Shown here: piece after piece, positions 8,701 through 17,768 of the stretch
Layout: each line of letters opens with the position of its first letter
How positions within the stretch are numbered: position 1 is the stretch's first letter
Origin: a virus
Taxonomy: Duplodnaviria > Caudoviricetes
Length of the DNA: 64,000 nucleotides
Reading direction: 5' to 3' (one strand)
Virus record (IMG/VR): IMGVR_UViG_3300028048_001801
Span: 1-64,000 of that record
Translations under genes and position numbers: made by a program
The notes under the pieces: model-generated
What the model was told of the DNA's origin: nothing
The model's database searches: none
Seen by the model: the letters and a program-made list of their open reading frames with translations, nothing else

Positions 8701-10642
8701 TGTTAGACAATTCTCCCCACGTGTCTGAATCTGGAGCTCTAAGGAATTTTATAGTTGTTTCGTAGTTGCCTAAAACCTCCGCTTTTGTTTTTTCAACTCG
8801 ATAAGAATACCAGATCGTAGAGCTTGATGGGGTAATATTTGATATAGAACCCGTACATGTATAAATGAAAAAACGCCATAACCACATAATCGCTCCTGTT
8901 GGAGTAAAGCTTTGTTCTTTCCCAAGATAAACAAGACATTTTCTAGGAGAATAAGACCCCGTATTTGAAGTATACGTACGATCTTCTTTATATTCGTATA
9001 TTATTGCACCTTGATAATATAATCCATCGGTATTATCATAATTATCTGGTTCGGAATTCCCTTTTTCCATGTCATATACGACAAGCGACCAAGAAACGGA
9101 TGTTCTGGCGTTCAAGTTTGTTAATGTTGGTTTGTCCCCGACCCATGGTTGTATACCAATAATGTCAGAGCTCCTTGTATAACAAGTCGCGCTATATAAA
9201 TTTCCATCGAAATCTATACTTGAAACTCTTACTATGTCTCCTGGATCATATACTTCACTTGGATTATACATATTTGGGAACAACGTGGTTATATCGTGAT
9301 TTTTAATAGACCTTGACGTATAATATATACCATTATAAGGAGACCCAGCATAATCACTCCCTGTGACGAAATCATAATAATTTACACTTTGCGTTTGCTG
9401 TTTATTTAATATTAAACGTTCATTTTCTGGAACATCTATGTCTGCAAAAGGAATATATGACATAGCTTCAGTTGAACTATTTGTAAAATAAATCAACTCA
9501 CCGTATGACTCAGATTGATTTGCTAATGATGTATGCCAATTCCAAACCGGATTTGTTGCAGCGTCAAAAAGGTCCCAATCGTTCGAACTACTTGAATTTT
9601 CGCCAGGAACGCTAGTTGTATTTTTATTTGCTTTATAAAAAGAACTTATATATTCAACAATATCACCAGCATGATACTCAACTCCGCTTTCCCAATTTGT
9701 AAATACATTTTGATCTAACGGAACATCAATTACATACGATACTGTATTTTGAACAGATGTTGTATCTATATCGTTACCATATTTAAATATTTGAAATCCA
9801 TTTGCAACGTCTGGTTCGATAGTTCCATCTTGAAACCCAGTTTCGCCTGTCGGTAGATAAATATAGCCGTGTGACTGATCATATCCTTTAATTGGGGCTC
9901 TAATTCCCCTCTGCTCAATCTCTTTTGTTGTGTCATAAGTCCATTTTTCTGGTTCATTTGGATCGTATTGCAAGCCAGGAATCCAGACAGGTTGAACAAA
10001 ATAACCGTTATAAATCTCATCAGAGTAGACAGAATGAATTCTAGTAGAATTAGAACCTAAAACATTTCCACGGGTGACCTGCATATCATAAATACGCGGA
10101 TCATTTGGAAGAATGTATTTGTTAGCATTTGTATCCCATTCTAATTGATAGAAAGTCACAGACCACTTATATTCATGACCATTATAAACATCGGCGTCCA
10201 CGGAAGAATTTAACACATCCCCATTTGAATCAATCTCATATTTCTTTACGCCATTATCATACCACATTTGAGCGCGAGCCAATGTTGTGTCGTAGCTACT
10301 TTTCTTTTCTTGTGGCACAATCAACGGATGTTTGAAATATGTCCCATTATACCCACTGTTTAATAGCTGTGGATCATCATCAGAATCAACCCACCTATTA
10401 GAAGAGACATATCCCCTTAAATCTTTTATCAAACTTATATATTTTATATCTAAAGGCATATCTTCTGGCACAGAAGATAACACCAAATTATTTTCACTAT
10501 CATAAACTTTTATTGTATAACCATCAACTTTTGTATTCGCTGTATCTATTTTACATTCTAAAAAAATCGGCTCATCTGTACTAGACAACTTAACATCAAA
10601 AGTCTGAGCTGATGGTGACAAATCTGTAGGTTTATAAATCAT
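5720..10642 (-). CDS. Large tail protein with CBM5/12-like repeats and an inserted PKD+BspA-LRR cassette
   Basis: Likely start is ATG 10642, after AAGGAGG. Contains W/Y-x5-Y-x-x-GDIV repeats, IDWGDGT and LRR units; the C-terminus LLKDEIGNSYIV...INFSWTEI resembles tail proteins. Confidence 0.7.
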   Translation of the reverse strand: MIYKPTDLSPSAQTFDVKLSSTDEPIFLECKIDTANTKVDGYTIKVYDSENNLVLSSVPEDMPLDIKYISLIKDLRGYVSSNRWVDSDDDPQLLNSGYNGTYFKHPLIVPQEKKSSYDTTLARAQMWYDNGVKKYEIDSNGDVLNSSVDADVYNGHEYKWSVTFYQLEWDTNANKYILPNDPRIYDMQVTRGNVLGSNSTRIHSVYSDEIYNGYFVQPVWIPGLQYDPNEPEKWTYDTTKEIEQRGIRAPIKGYDQSHGYIYLPTGETGFQDGTIEPDVANGFQIFKYGNDIDTTSVQNTVSYVIDVPLDQNVFTNWESGVEYHAGDIVEYISSFYKANKNTTSVPGENSSSSNDWDLFDAATNPVWNWHTSLANQSESYGELIYFTNSSTEAMSYIPFADIDVPENERLILNKQQTQSVNYYDFVTGSDYAGSPYNGIYYTSRSIKNHDITTLFPNMYNPSEVYDPGDIVRVSSIDFDGNLYSATCYTRSSDIIGIQPWVGDKPTLTNLNARTSVSWSLVVYDMEKGNSEPDNYDNTDGLYYQGAIIYEYKEDRTYTSNTGSYSPRKCLVYLGKEQSFTPTGAIMWLWRFFIYTCTGSISNITPSSSTIWYSYRVEKTKAEVLGNYETTIKFLRAPDSDTWGELSNKLVLVTAPTSLYYGKRLQIKGLNENVKTYGNINETPLRFINEKPEEIYTNNYKNYDNSVSYSIGDVVLYVPINDSDNYTAWNSVQNYSVGDIVYVGGDSSDDSSQVTYYMCVSQNVGQVPTNLSVYWNEYITKMAYRALENISSNNPPVNKNGALNDKWEPVLHLNDTGLIFYNNTLGSPWLFYGFPNQNQESTTSDILFATFTTTQSQRNVEVEDLTGLTQIDWGDGTVVPVNDGGGSSYSHSYNSVDTTYTAKFYNVTKIGEHATTLFDIGSFYGARDCLTSVTIGNSVTSIGINAFNGCINLKSATIGNSVTSIGINAFNGCINLKSATIGNSVTSIGSRAFSNCSSLTSAIIGNSVTSIGGYAFSYCGSLESVMIGNSVTSIKSETFYNCRSLTSVTIPNSITNIKVSAFYGCNALGNGNVYYLGTKKQFVSISIDGGNGPFNNATKHYLLPDTGLLYIRRSDNISNGMMLLKDSTTNEQHYIKIQNYNPIYGLVEYDTAYDYDYNSSYSTSDPKNPSSTDEELEGTWISDAGTNAGTKYQIKTFFRESNDELFSLYDKPSIDISLKTLDGSSLSSDDVYNPDIVASATYNQNQFIQWKDAQWFLYKTDANHSSEFEILVNKSDILFDKVLSYNIYGLEPESHYNLKLVVETYSGYKKVFEKHFETSFKESSNNVFETGTSITFDCKYGCSVINRTSSEEPSEDKTVSIYKKEIWYPYDSSDTSSSYEEPIYKLVAKNVNGSLKDFDVGNHRYYKYLIRSDSSQDDEHNYYIKTLATRSAWVGYSLVELTPVKNSNGFTYQIKNDSDVWRFKYNIDSGSITQNLSRQQQDTLSNYPRFSQGPKNAMSGQVSCLIGRDIELFNLLTDSKYYDGSSWQFRNDAQKASNAYADKLFFTPPINGGGYKEKPWWEGSESYGTSNKKIDMLKRWQQFCYSGNPKLLKDEIGNSYIVQVFDNSMQPANTWDKRPITINFSWTEIEDIEKYQIIQHI
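7680..7837. repeat. Exact 69-bp tandem repeat, about 2.3 copies (LRR unit)
   Basis: cctatactcgtgacggagtt... recurs at 7680, 7749 and 7818. Confidence 0.9.
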
Positions 10643-10735
10643 AATATATTTAACCTCCTTTTCTTTTAATATAAATACAATCATAGGCGGGGCGGAGGTC
10701 GTCCCCCCGCCGTTATAATGATTGCTTAATTTTAA

Positions 10736-11422
10736 TTATTCATTACTGGATTCAGTATACTGAATCACATCTCCGTTTTTCTGATATACGTTACCGTTCA
10801 CGTAAACATTACCTGTAAGATATATTGTGCCGCCTTCAACAGTAACAGTCGTTTCTTCTGTAGAAGAATCAATGCTGAGCGTTATGGTTGCATTCCCAAG
10901 TTTGATCTTTTGGACCGTTATGTCTCCCTCTACGGCGATGTCGCCTGTAAAAGTTCCACCTGCTTTGGGCATAAACTTTTCGTCTGCTTGCGCCGCAGTG
11001 TAATATTCAGACAAGTCTATTTCAGTACTTCCAACTTCTTCCCATGAATCATTTATGTATAAATATTCTTTGTATCCCGTGCCTGAAGTTTGAGGTATTA
11101 AATAAATAATACCCTTTTTCCCCGTTTCGGGTAATTCTGAAACGATTTGAAGATCAAATTCTGTAATAGAGGCCACAGCGTCATTTGTATATTGTTTTGA
11201 GGCTTCCAATACATCATCGGCTATCTGATCTATTTCATCAGAATTATAGGTGCCCTTACCGTTAATTAATAAAGTGCCTTCCCCGTTATCTTTGATTATA
11301 ACCGTACCTATTTGTACCGATACCGTCTTTTCATCGTTTGTCCCAACTTGGAACTCCTGCGTATCGTCCCCCATAGAACCAATGACATTTAACGATAAAA
11401 CGGGTTTCTTAACATCTCCCAT
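10736..11422 (-). CDS. Minor tail / fibre-associated protein
   Basis: IVSELPETG..GIIYL and GGTFTGDI motifs, common in tail fibre proteins; follows the tape measure gene. Confidence 0.55.
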   Translation of the reverse strand: MGDVKKPVLSLNVIGSMGDDTQEFQVGTNDEKTVSVQIGTVIIKDNGEGTLLINGKGTYNSDEIDQIADDVLEASKQYTNDAVASITEFDLQIVSELPETGKKGIIYLIPQTSGTGYKEYLYINDSWEEVGSTEIDLSEYYTAAQADEKFMPKAGGTFTGDIAVEGDITVQKIKLGNATITLSIDSSTEETTVTVEGGTIYLTGNVYVNGNVYQKNGDVIQYTESSNE

Positions 11423-11446
11423 AATTTTCTCCTTATTTTATTTATT

Positions 11447-11478
11447 TCGTCGCGGATTCGTTTTTAAATCCGCGACGA
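11447..11478. terminator. Perfect 12-bp inverted repeat after the tape measure gene (terminator or processing hairpin)
   Basis: TCGTCGCGGATT...AATCCGCGACGA. No clear U-tract on the minus strand. Confidence 0.45.
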
Positions 11479-11499
11479 TTATGTTATAAAAGAACTCTT

Positions 11500-14400
11500 T
11501 TATTTGTTGTTATGACGAGTTATAGCCATATATTGCCTTGCTTCGGCCAAAAGTTTATTGAAATTAAAATCACTATCCGCATTTACAGTAATATTAAGGT
11601 CATTTACATGCATCGAATTGTCTTCAGTTGAATTGAAACGATTCGCTTCGGTTTTGATCGTAGACAAACCCTTAATGAGATTCGGAGATAATTCGCCAAG
11701 TTGATAAAGGTTCTTAGTAAGATCTGCTGGGACTATACCTGTATGTGCAGGGAGAGCTGTTATGGTGCCTTGCGGGGTTACAATGCCCTCGGTACCGAGC
11801 TCATTGATAAGAGATGTCTGATTAAAGTCCCCTATATCATAAGCACCGCCCATATAGCCAGTTTGAGCAACAAGCCTCTTCCACTCACCACTCCGTTTGA
11901 TCGCATAACTATCTTCTGCTTTTATTGACCCTCCTTTGGCGTCGGGAACCGCTCCAAAGAAAACCACCGTTCCATCTGGTAAAGATTGAAATTCGTCATA
12001 CGAAACCGACCTATATTTGGCACCAGGTTTTCCTGCACTATCAGTAAAAGACGTAACTTCCATTACTAGGTCACTTCCCGGGTTTTTGTCAAACCCTTCT
12101 ATAACGTTGTAAGCCGTTGAACTTTTTTCAGATTTTTCTATAAGTCTATAAATTTTGTCCGCATTCCAAATTCCAGTTGTGTTGTTCCTGAGTTTTAGTC
12201 CAACAAACTTCATTACGCTATCAGCTGTGTTTGTTTTGCCTTCTTTCATACTATCTAAGTTGGTCAAATCATCTTTTGAAAGTTTATTCATTGTGTTGCC
12301 CAAAACATCTTTTTCTATATTTTCTATTTCATCGCTCGAAACACCCATGGTTTGTAAGTCGTTTTTAATCTTTAAATAATTATTATAAGCCGTATTTTGA
12401 GCTTGTTGTTGTGCAATATATTTTGAAGTAGTTTCTTGTCCTGACATATTGCTCATATTAGAACCCGCATCTCGTATTTTAGTAAGCTCTTCTTTAAGTT
12501 CGGCTTTTTTATTATTTCTATCTTGTGTTGCGAAGGATTCCATTGTTGAAATATATTCTCCCCAATCTATTGTTTTTGATTCGCCGCCACCGAATAAATT
12601 TAAAATACTCCCGATACCATCAATACCGCCAACACTTGTTTCTATTGATTCTAGATAACTATCATATTTCTCAACAGCTTTTTTGATAGCTGCCAATTCC
12701 TCATTTTTAGAAATATTATCTAATATGCTATTTTGCTGTTCCAATAAATCAATTTGATATTGTAAATTTTCCTTCTGCGTTTCTCTTTCCAAATTTTCAA
12801 TATTTTCTTTCGCTTCTCGAATAGATTCTTCGTTAGCCTCATATGTCCAACCAACCCCAAATCGATATACGCGTCTTTTTTCTTTTTTTGCATTTTCCAA
12901 AGCCTCTTTAGCTTTGATTAATTCCAATTCTTTTTTTCGTTGTTCATTTATATCCGACAACGCATCAATTTGAGTTTTGAAATTTTCAATAGTGGCTTCA
13001 TTTTCGCGCTTTCTTGAATCAATAATAAGATCCTGCAATTCTTTATAATAATTATTCTCTATCTTTAAGTCATTTAAAAATTTTATTAAAATTTTCTGTA
13101 GATTTTCATTATTATTAAACAAAACCTCTACTTCGTTTAAGCTTTCAGCACCTATCAACGCACTAAAATCATCTTCGGTCAAACCAAGGTTATCTTTACC
13201 TTCTTGCTTTATATACTCCTGAAGAGTTTTATAAGTAGATTTATTCTCTTTTAAAGAATTAAATGTCGCTCTTTCATACAAAAATGCTTGAGTAGATTGT
13301 AAATTTTGCGACCCGAACAATTGGGCAAATAAATTTTCATATACGTTTTCTTTACTAGTCGAAACTAATTTGCCGTTTTCATCATATTTATTATACAAAT
13401 CGAAATATTGGTCGTTTATTTTTTCTAAAATTTCTCCGCTCAACTTGCCCTTGCTAGACAATTCATTAAATATTGAAATTAGTTCACTATAAGATTCTCT
13501 TAATTCTTTTGGAGATTTCATCAAATCGGATAGAGTTATTGATCCTATAACGTTCTTAAAAGACATTGCGCTTTCTGTTGACATCTTCATAGCATTGGTA
13601 AAGTTTTCTAATTCTTTATCATCTAACAAATAAATATCTTCTCTCAATTTTTCCAACGCGTTGTCTAAACTCTCATCTCCATAAAATGATTTGGCAAGTT
13701 TTTCAAGAGCCTCTCGTCCTCCTTCTGTAAGAGAACCAATGTGATCCATTGTAAAACGGATCTCATCATATGTTTTATATTGCCCTTCAGAAATATCGTT
13801 GATTTTTTTTGCAAAATCTTCTTGACGTGTTTGTAAATATATCAAATTATTAAAAGTTTTACTCGAACCAGTAAACAATTTATTAAATTCCCCATCTGCT
13901 CTTAAAAACGTTTCTATTTGTTGTCTGGCCGAATCCGTTAGTTCTCCTGACAAATCTCTAACGTTCATTCCTGTGAGCGTTAAGTTATCCGCAAATTTTT
14001 GTACTGCGAATTCCAATGTAGAATTTGATACATCAACAGCTGACCACATAGCTAACCCCGATTTCATAAAAGCAGATTTTAATTCATCTTGCCACAAATC
14101 TCTATTAAGCTTCGTTATTGCGGCTTGGCTACTCTTATATGTGTCTACGGCATTTTTCAATCCAGATAAAATATTTTCATTCCTTTTATTTTGTTCAATA
14201 ACCCCAGAAATAAATCCTTTTTCTATCCGTTCGATTGCCTCTACAGCTGATTCTATTTTTGCTTCAGTAGTATCACCTTTCAAAACCGCGAGACCATATG
14301 TATGCCCATTTCCCGCGTCTGTTATACTTGTTTTAAATGTATCTCCTAGTTGCTTATATATCTCACCTGTAAAGAAATCAACACCTCCATAACGGCCCTC

Positions 14401-16002
14401 TTCTGCTGAATAACGATTATTGGTGGCTTTTAACGCATCCTCTATCTTTTTTTCATAAGATTTTCTTTCTTCTTCTTGTGTTTTATACTTTTCAATAGCG
14501 GTTTCTTCGGCTGTATAGTTTTCAACAACATTTAAAATTTGTCGTTTTTGATCATCATTATCCCCTAAAAGAATTCTTTCTAATTCCTCTAAGTTATGAT
14601 TCATAATATTAGAAAAATTTTCTGCCGTAAGATCAGTGAAACCAGTGTCCTCTATTTTAATAAGTTCATTAAAGAGTTTTTGGAAGTCATCAAAATTTTC
14701 AGATAACGTTGAAATTAATTCATCAACATTTTTTTTGGCATCTGCAACCTTTTCTGCGGTCGTCAAATCATAAACCGCCGATTCTACTTCTTTGGTTGCG
14801 TTTTTAATTTTATTCAATGCCTCAAGTTGCTTCTTTGCATCCTCAACACGTTGTTTTATTGAAATTTCCTCAGAATGCCTTAGCCATTTAAATAAGCCAC
14901 CTATACCATCACCGATTATGGGGCCAAGCACTGGCCCTAAAATCGGACCAATGCCAGGTATTGCAGTTAGTAATCCTGTTGCCGCGCCTGTTGCAACACC
15001 GTTAATAAAGTTATCGGTCGTATCAGATTGGATATCGTTGATTTTAACATCTTTAGAGCCCATGAGGCCGCCAAAGTGAGAGTTGGTCCCAGACATGCCT
15101 GCCTGAATACCAGCGACAGCACCTGTTAACATACCTGTTTTTATTTGATTTTTAATAAGTTGTTTTCTTTGAGCGTTTAAACTTTCTAAAGCCGTAGGGT
15201 CTTCTATCGCTTTCCCTTCGTTATCTACCCATTTTCCCCAGCTTCGAGCGGCATATACCATATTACCATCTTTATCTTTTGCCGCATATCCAAGTCCCAT
15301 TCCCCACCGTCTATTAAAACGATTTTGGTTTGTAAGACGAGTAATTTCTTTTTGGTTGGCTTTTATCTTGCCATGAAAAGTTGTCTGTATATTATCTATG
15401 GTCGTAAGATGTTTTTCATTTTGGGCACCAAGAGCTTTAATTTGCGCTCTATTAGCTACGTTTTGAGCATGTCTGCTTCCAAGATTAAAAAATCCTGGGG
15501 TGGTGATTTTACCACCACTTTCTATTCCCGCTATTTTATTCGCTACTGCTATTAATCTTTCAATATTTGCATTAACTTTAGTAAATCCAGCGCTAATAAT
15601 AGATTTTTTGTCGCTCTCCTGCATGGCCGATCCAGCAAATTGCATATGTTTAATGTTTAAACTATTAGTTAACTTATTTATAGGATTCATAAAACCACCA
15701 AATCCTATCTTATAAGCATTCATCGCTGTCAGCATAGAAGTTAATGAAATGATTATTTTATCAAGATGTTTAACAATCCCTGCAACAACATTGAAAAATC
15801 CTTTGAGAACTTTATTAGAACCAAGTCGCTGTGTAAAGCCCTCCCATGCGTTTTGAACCTTGTTTATGCTAGCTTCAATAGATTCCATTTGAGCTTCATA
15901 TTTTTCCGCAGCAGTTCCCGCTGAGTTGGCTGAAATTTCTTGAGCTTCACGAACTCTATCCCAGTTTGAGAGCATAACAGTAAAGAAGTTTCTTTGACGT
16001 GT
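11500..16002 (-). CDS. Tape measure polyprotein, exon 2 (1500 aa)
   Basis: The reading frame extends upstream of ORF 15975 to TRQRNFFTVMLSNW. Joined to exon 1 it gives AFAG|TRQRNF. Helical/coiled-coil with a GA-rich hydrophobic segment and an INELGTEGIV C-terminus. Confidence 0.88.
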   Translation of the reverse strand, partial: TRQRNFFTVMLSNWDRVREAQEISANSAGTAAEKYEAQMESIEASINKVQNAWEGFTQRLGSNKVLKGFFNVVAGIVKHLDKIIISLTSMLTAMNAYKIGFGGFMNPINKLTNSLNIKHMQFAGSAMQESDKKSIISAGFTKVNANIERLIAVANKIAGIESGGKITTPGFFNLGSRHAQNVANRAQIKALGAQNEKHLTTIDNIQTTFHGKIKANQKEITRLTNQNRFNRRWGMGLGYAAKDKDGNMVYAARSWGKWVDNEGKAIEDPTALESLNAQRKQLIKNQIKTGMLTGAVAGIQAGMSGTNSHFGGLMGSKDVKINDIQSDTTDNFINGVATGAATGLLTAIPGIGPILGPVLGPIIGDGIGGLFKWLRHSEEISIKQRVEDAKKQLEALNKIKNATKEVESAVYDLTTAEKVADAKKNVDELISTLSENFDDFQKLFNELIKIEDTGFTDLTAENFSNIMNHNLEELERILLGDNDDQKRQILNVVENYTAEETAIEKYKTQEEERKSYEKKIEDALKATNNRYSAEEGRYGGVDFFTGEIYKQLGDTFKTSITDAGNGHTYGLAVLKGDTTEAKIESAVEAIERIEKGFISGVIEQNKRNENILSGLKNAVDTYKSSQAAITKLNRDLWQDELKSAFMKSGLAMWSAVDVSNSTLEFAVQKFADNLTLTGMNVRDLSGELTDSARQQIETFLRADGEFNKLFTGSSKTFNNLIYLQTRQEDFAKKINDISEGQYKTYDEIRFTMDHIGSLTEGGREALEKLAKSFYGDESLDNALEKLREDIYLLDDKELENFTNAMKMSTESAMSFKNVIGSITLSDLMKSPKELRESYSELISIFNELSSKGKLSGEILEKINDQYFDLYNKYDENGKLVSTSKENVYENLFAQLFGSQNLQSTQAFLYERATFNSLKENKSTYKTLQEYIKQEGKDNLGLTEDDFSALIGAESLNEVEVLFNNNENLQKILIKFLNDLKIENNYYKELQDLIIDSRKRENEATIENFKTQIDALSDINEQRKKELELIKAKEALENAKKEKRRVYRFGVGWTYEANEESIREAKENIENLERETQKENLQYQIDLLEQQNSILDNISKNEELAAIKKAVEKYDSYLESIETSVGGIDGIGSILNLFGGGESKTIDWGEYISTMESFATQDRNNKKAELKEELTKIRDAGSNMSNMSGQETTSKYIAQQQAQNTAYNNYLKIKNDLQTMGVSSDEIENIEKDVLGNTMNKLSKDDLTNLDSMKEGKTNTADSVMKFVGLKLRNNTTGIWNADKIYRLIEKSEKSSTAYNVIEGFDKNPGSDLVMEVTSFTDSAGKPGAKYRSVSYDEFQSLPDGTVVFFGAVPDAKGGSIKAEDSYAIKRSGEWKRLVAQTGYMGGAYDIGDFNQTSLINELGTEGIVTPQGTITALPAHTGIVPADLTKNLYQLGELSPNLIKGLSTIKTEANRFNSTEDNSMHVNDLNITVNADSDFNFNKLLAEARQYMAITRHNNK

Positions 16003-17768
16003 TTTTTGTATTGTACTGAGTCATAACTTCAGTATGAATTTTAATTATTATAATTTTGTTGTATATATTTTAATGTTTCATCGAGTTTGTTCGGGAAGAA
16101 ATTTGTTACAAATTCGATAAATTGTTGAGGGGTATTATTCCCAAAACCATATAAACTATGGAATTTAATGTGAATATCTTTAGATAAACAGATACCATAT
16201 GGGTGCATTCTTTCTTGTTTTCGATATGCGTTAATAATTTGATTTTTAAACGAGCCATTCTTTTTATTTACGTCTTCAATATCAATTTCTTTTAATCCCA
16301 GATCACGCAAGGTACTTGCTATTATTAAATTTCTAGAAAATAAATGATGAACATCATCAAATTTAGCACCAGTTAAAAAACATTTGTTCTCGCACATTTC
16401 TATCGACTTTTCCCTCCATTGATTGGAGTATTTGTCCAAAAATCTACTGAGATTATGATAATTAGTATCATCATCTGGATCTTGGCGATATAATTTTAAT
16501 TTTCTTCTTACTTCTTTGATGCTTTGAGGCTCTCGGTGTAGAACTTCTCCAATTTCGACGTCTGTCATTTTTTCATAATTCTCTCGAATAAAAGAATAGT
16601 CTTTTTCCGTATATTGATAACCTGGCCCATTCCCTATTAAACCCATTTTTTGTAATTGTAAATTAAGTTGCCTAATATTTCTATTGGGCAATAATTTTAA
16701 AAGCTCTATTCGTTTCATTTTATGATAATTTAATCGTATGACATTTTTTTCTTCCAAAGTCCAACTAAGTCGTTTTTTAACATTAAGTTTTTGTATAATT
16801 GTTAAAATAGAACTTTCGGTTCGATCAAGATTATATTTAAGTATTAACTCTCTAATTGTAGAACATTTTGTATAATTTTTTTGAATTATATCTCTTTCTT
16901 CATCTGTAAACTTTACAAACTTTCTTCTAATACCCAAAAATTTAGCTCGATTTGTAATCTGAATCTCATCATACCCTTCGAATCTAATAATCACTTTATA
17001 CCATGGGGTTACAACATAATTCTCAACAATCCACCTATCATCTTCTTCTGTAAAGTCTCCCCATTTACAAACTTCAGATTTTTTAGCACCTAACGATATA
17101 GCTCTGCCGATAATTTGTTTTTGAGTCAATCCACTAAAATGTGTTTTAATCTCTTCCCACGATGCAGTTAAATAATTATTTTTTAACCACTCATCATCTT
17201 CTTTTGCCGCAATCCTTCCCATTAGCGACAAATCGCGCGTTAAACCAAGCTCCCCCGCAACGCGAGACAACTGTTTTTGATCATACTCTGGGAACATTTT
17301 ATTTAAGGCTTCCCTATCAATTGTGGCACAATTTTCTTTTAACCATTCTATACGCTTTTCTTCCATAAAATATTCCCTCTTTTAAATTTTTAATATATTT
17401 AAGGTATATATCAACCCTTTACAACAAAATTATAAATTAATTCACTTATTCTTTCAAATAAGAATAGACCATTTTTTAACCCACACCATCATGTGTTTCG
17501 GGCTATACCTTTTCCATTTAAGGGATTCTCACCCACGCCATACATTTGCGCCGTACTCCTGTAGTCTCTCGACCCCTTCGGGGATGGTCGTTGAACGTTC
17601 CACATATTTTAAAAAACTTAGTGGCTTCGCTGCATGATCTGCCAATCCTTTTGTTTTAAAACCATCATAATCTGGTTTCCCGATTATTGTGGTAAAAGGC
17701 TCTAAGGCTTTACCTGCAATTAAATATATTCTTTAACATATATTTCTATATGTTCAGGCACACATTTT
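16003..17768 (-). mobile_element. Group I intron (1766 nt) in the tape measure gene, carrying an HNH homing endonuclease
   Basis: P1 CAGGU/GCCUG has a U-G pair at the 5' splice site. P10 AUGUGU pairs with exon ACACGU. Core elements: AAUUGCAGGUAAAGCC, GAUCAUGCAGCGAAGC, R GUUCAACGACCAU, S AAAAAAUGGUCU, P9 CUUAUU/AAUAAG. Removal restores the frame. Confidence 0.92.
16041..17366 (-). CDS. Intron-encoded HNH homing endonuclease with N-terminal Myb/SANT-like repeats
   Basis: C-terminal CFLTG...DVHHL...GICLSKDIHIKFHSLYG.GNNT, and repeated (W/F/Y)TxEExxxIxxNY units. Lies 3' of intron P7/P9. Confidence 0.8.
   Translation of the reverse strand: MEEKRIEWLKENCATIDREALNKMFPEYDQKQLSRVAGELGLTRDLSLMGRIAAKEDDEWLKNNYLTASWEEIKTHFSGLTQKQIIGRAISLGAKKSEVCKWGDFTEEDDRWIVENYVVTPWYKVIIRFEGYDEIQITNRAKFLGIRRKFVKFTDEERDIIQKNYTKCSTIRELILKYNLDRTESSILTIIQKLNVKKRLSWTLEEKNVIRLNYHKMKRIELLKLLPNRNIRQLNLQLQKMGLIGNGPGYQYTEKDYSFIRENYEKMTDVEIGEVLHREPQSIKEVRRKLKLYRQDPDDDTNYHNLSRFLDKYSNQWREKSIEMCENKCFLTGAKFDDVHHLFSRNLIIASTLRDLGLKEIDIEDVNKKNGSFKNQIINAYRKQERMHPYGICLSKDIHIKFHSLYGFGNNTPQQFIEFVTNFFPNKLDETLKYIQQNYNN

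Noticed and set aside
15998-17764. Alternative omega-G splice (AT|T, giving AGKIQRN) for the tape-measure intron
   Set aside because: It is in frame, but the 5' site would fall in the P1 loop rather than at the U-G pair, and P10 would be lost. AGTRQRN also fits tape-measure consensus better. Only cDNA can exclude it formally.
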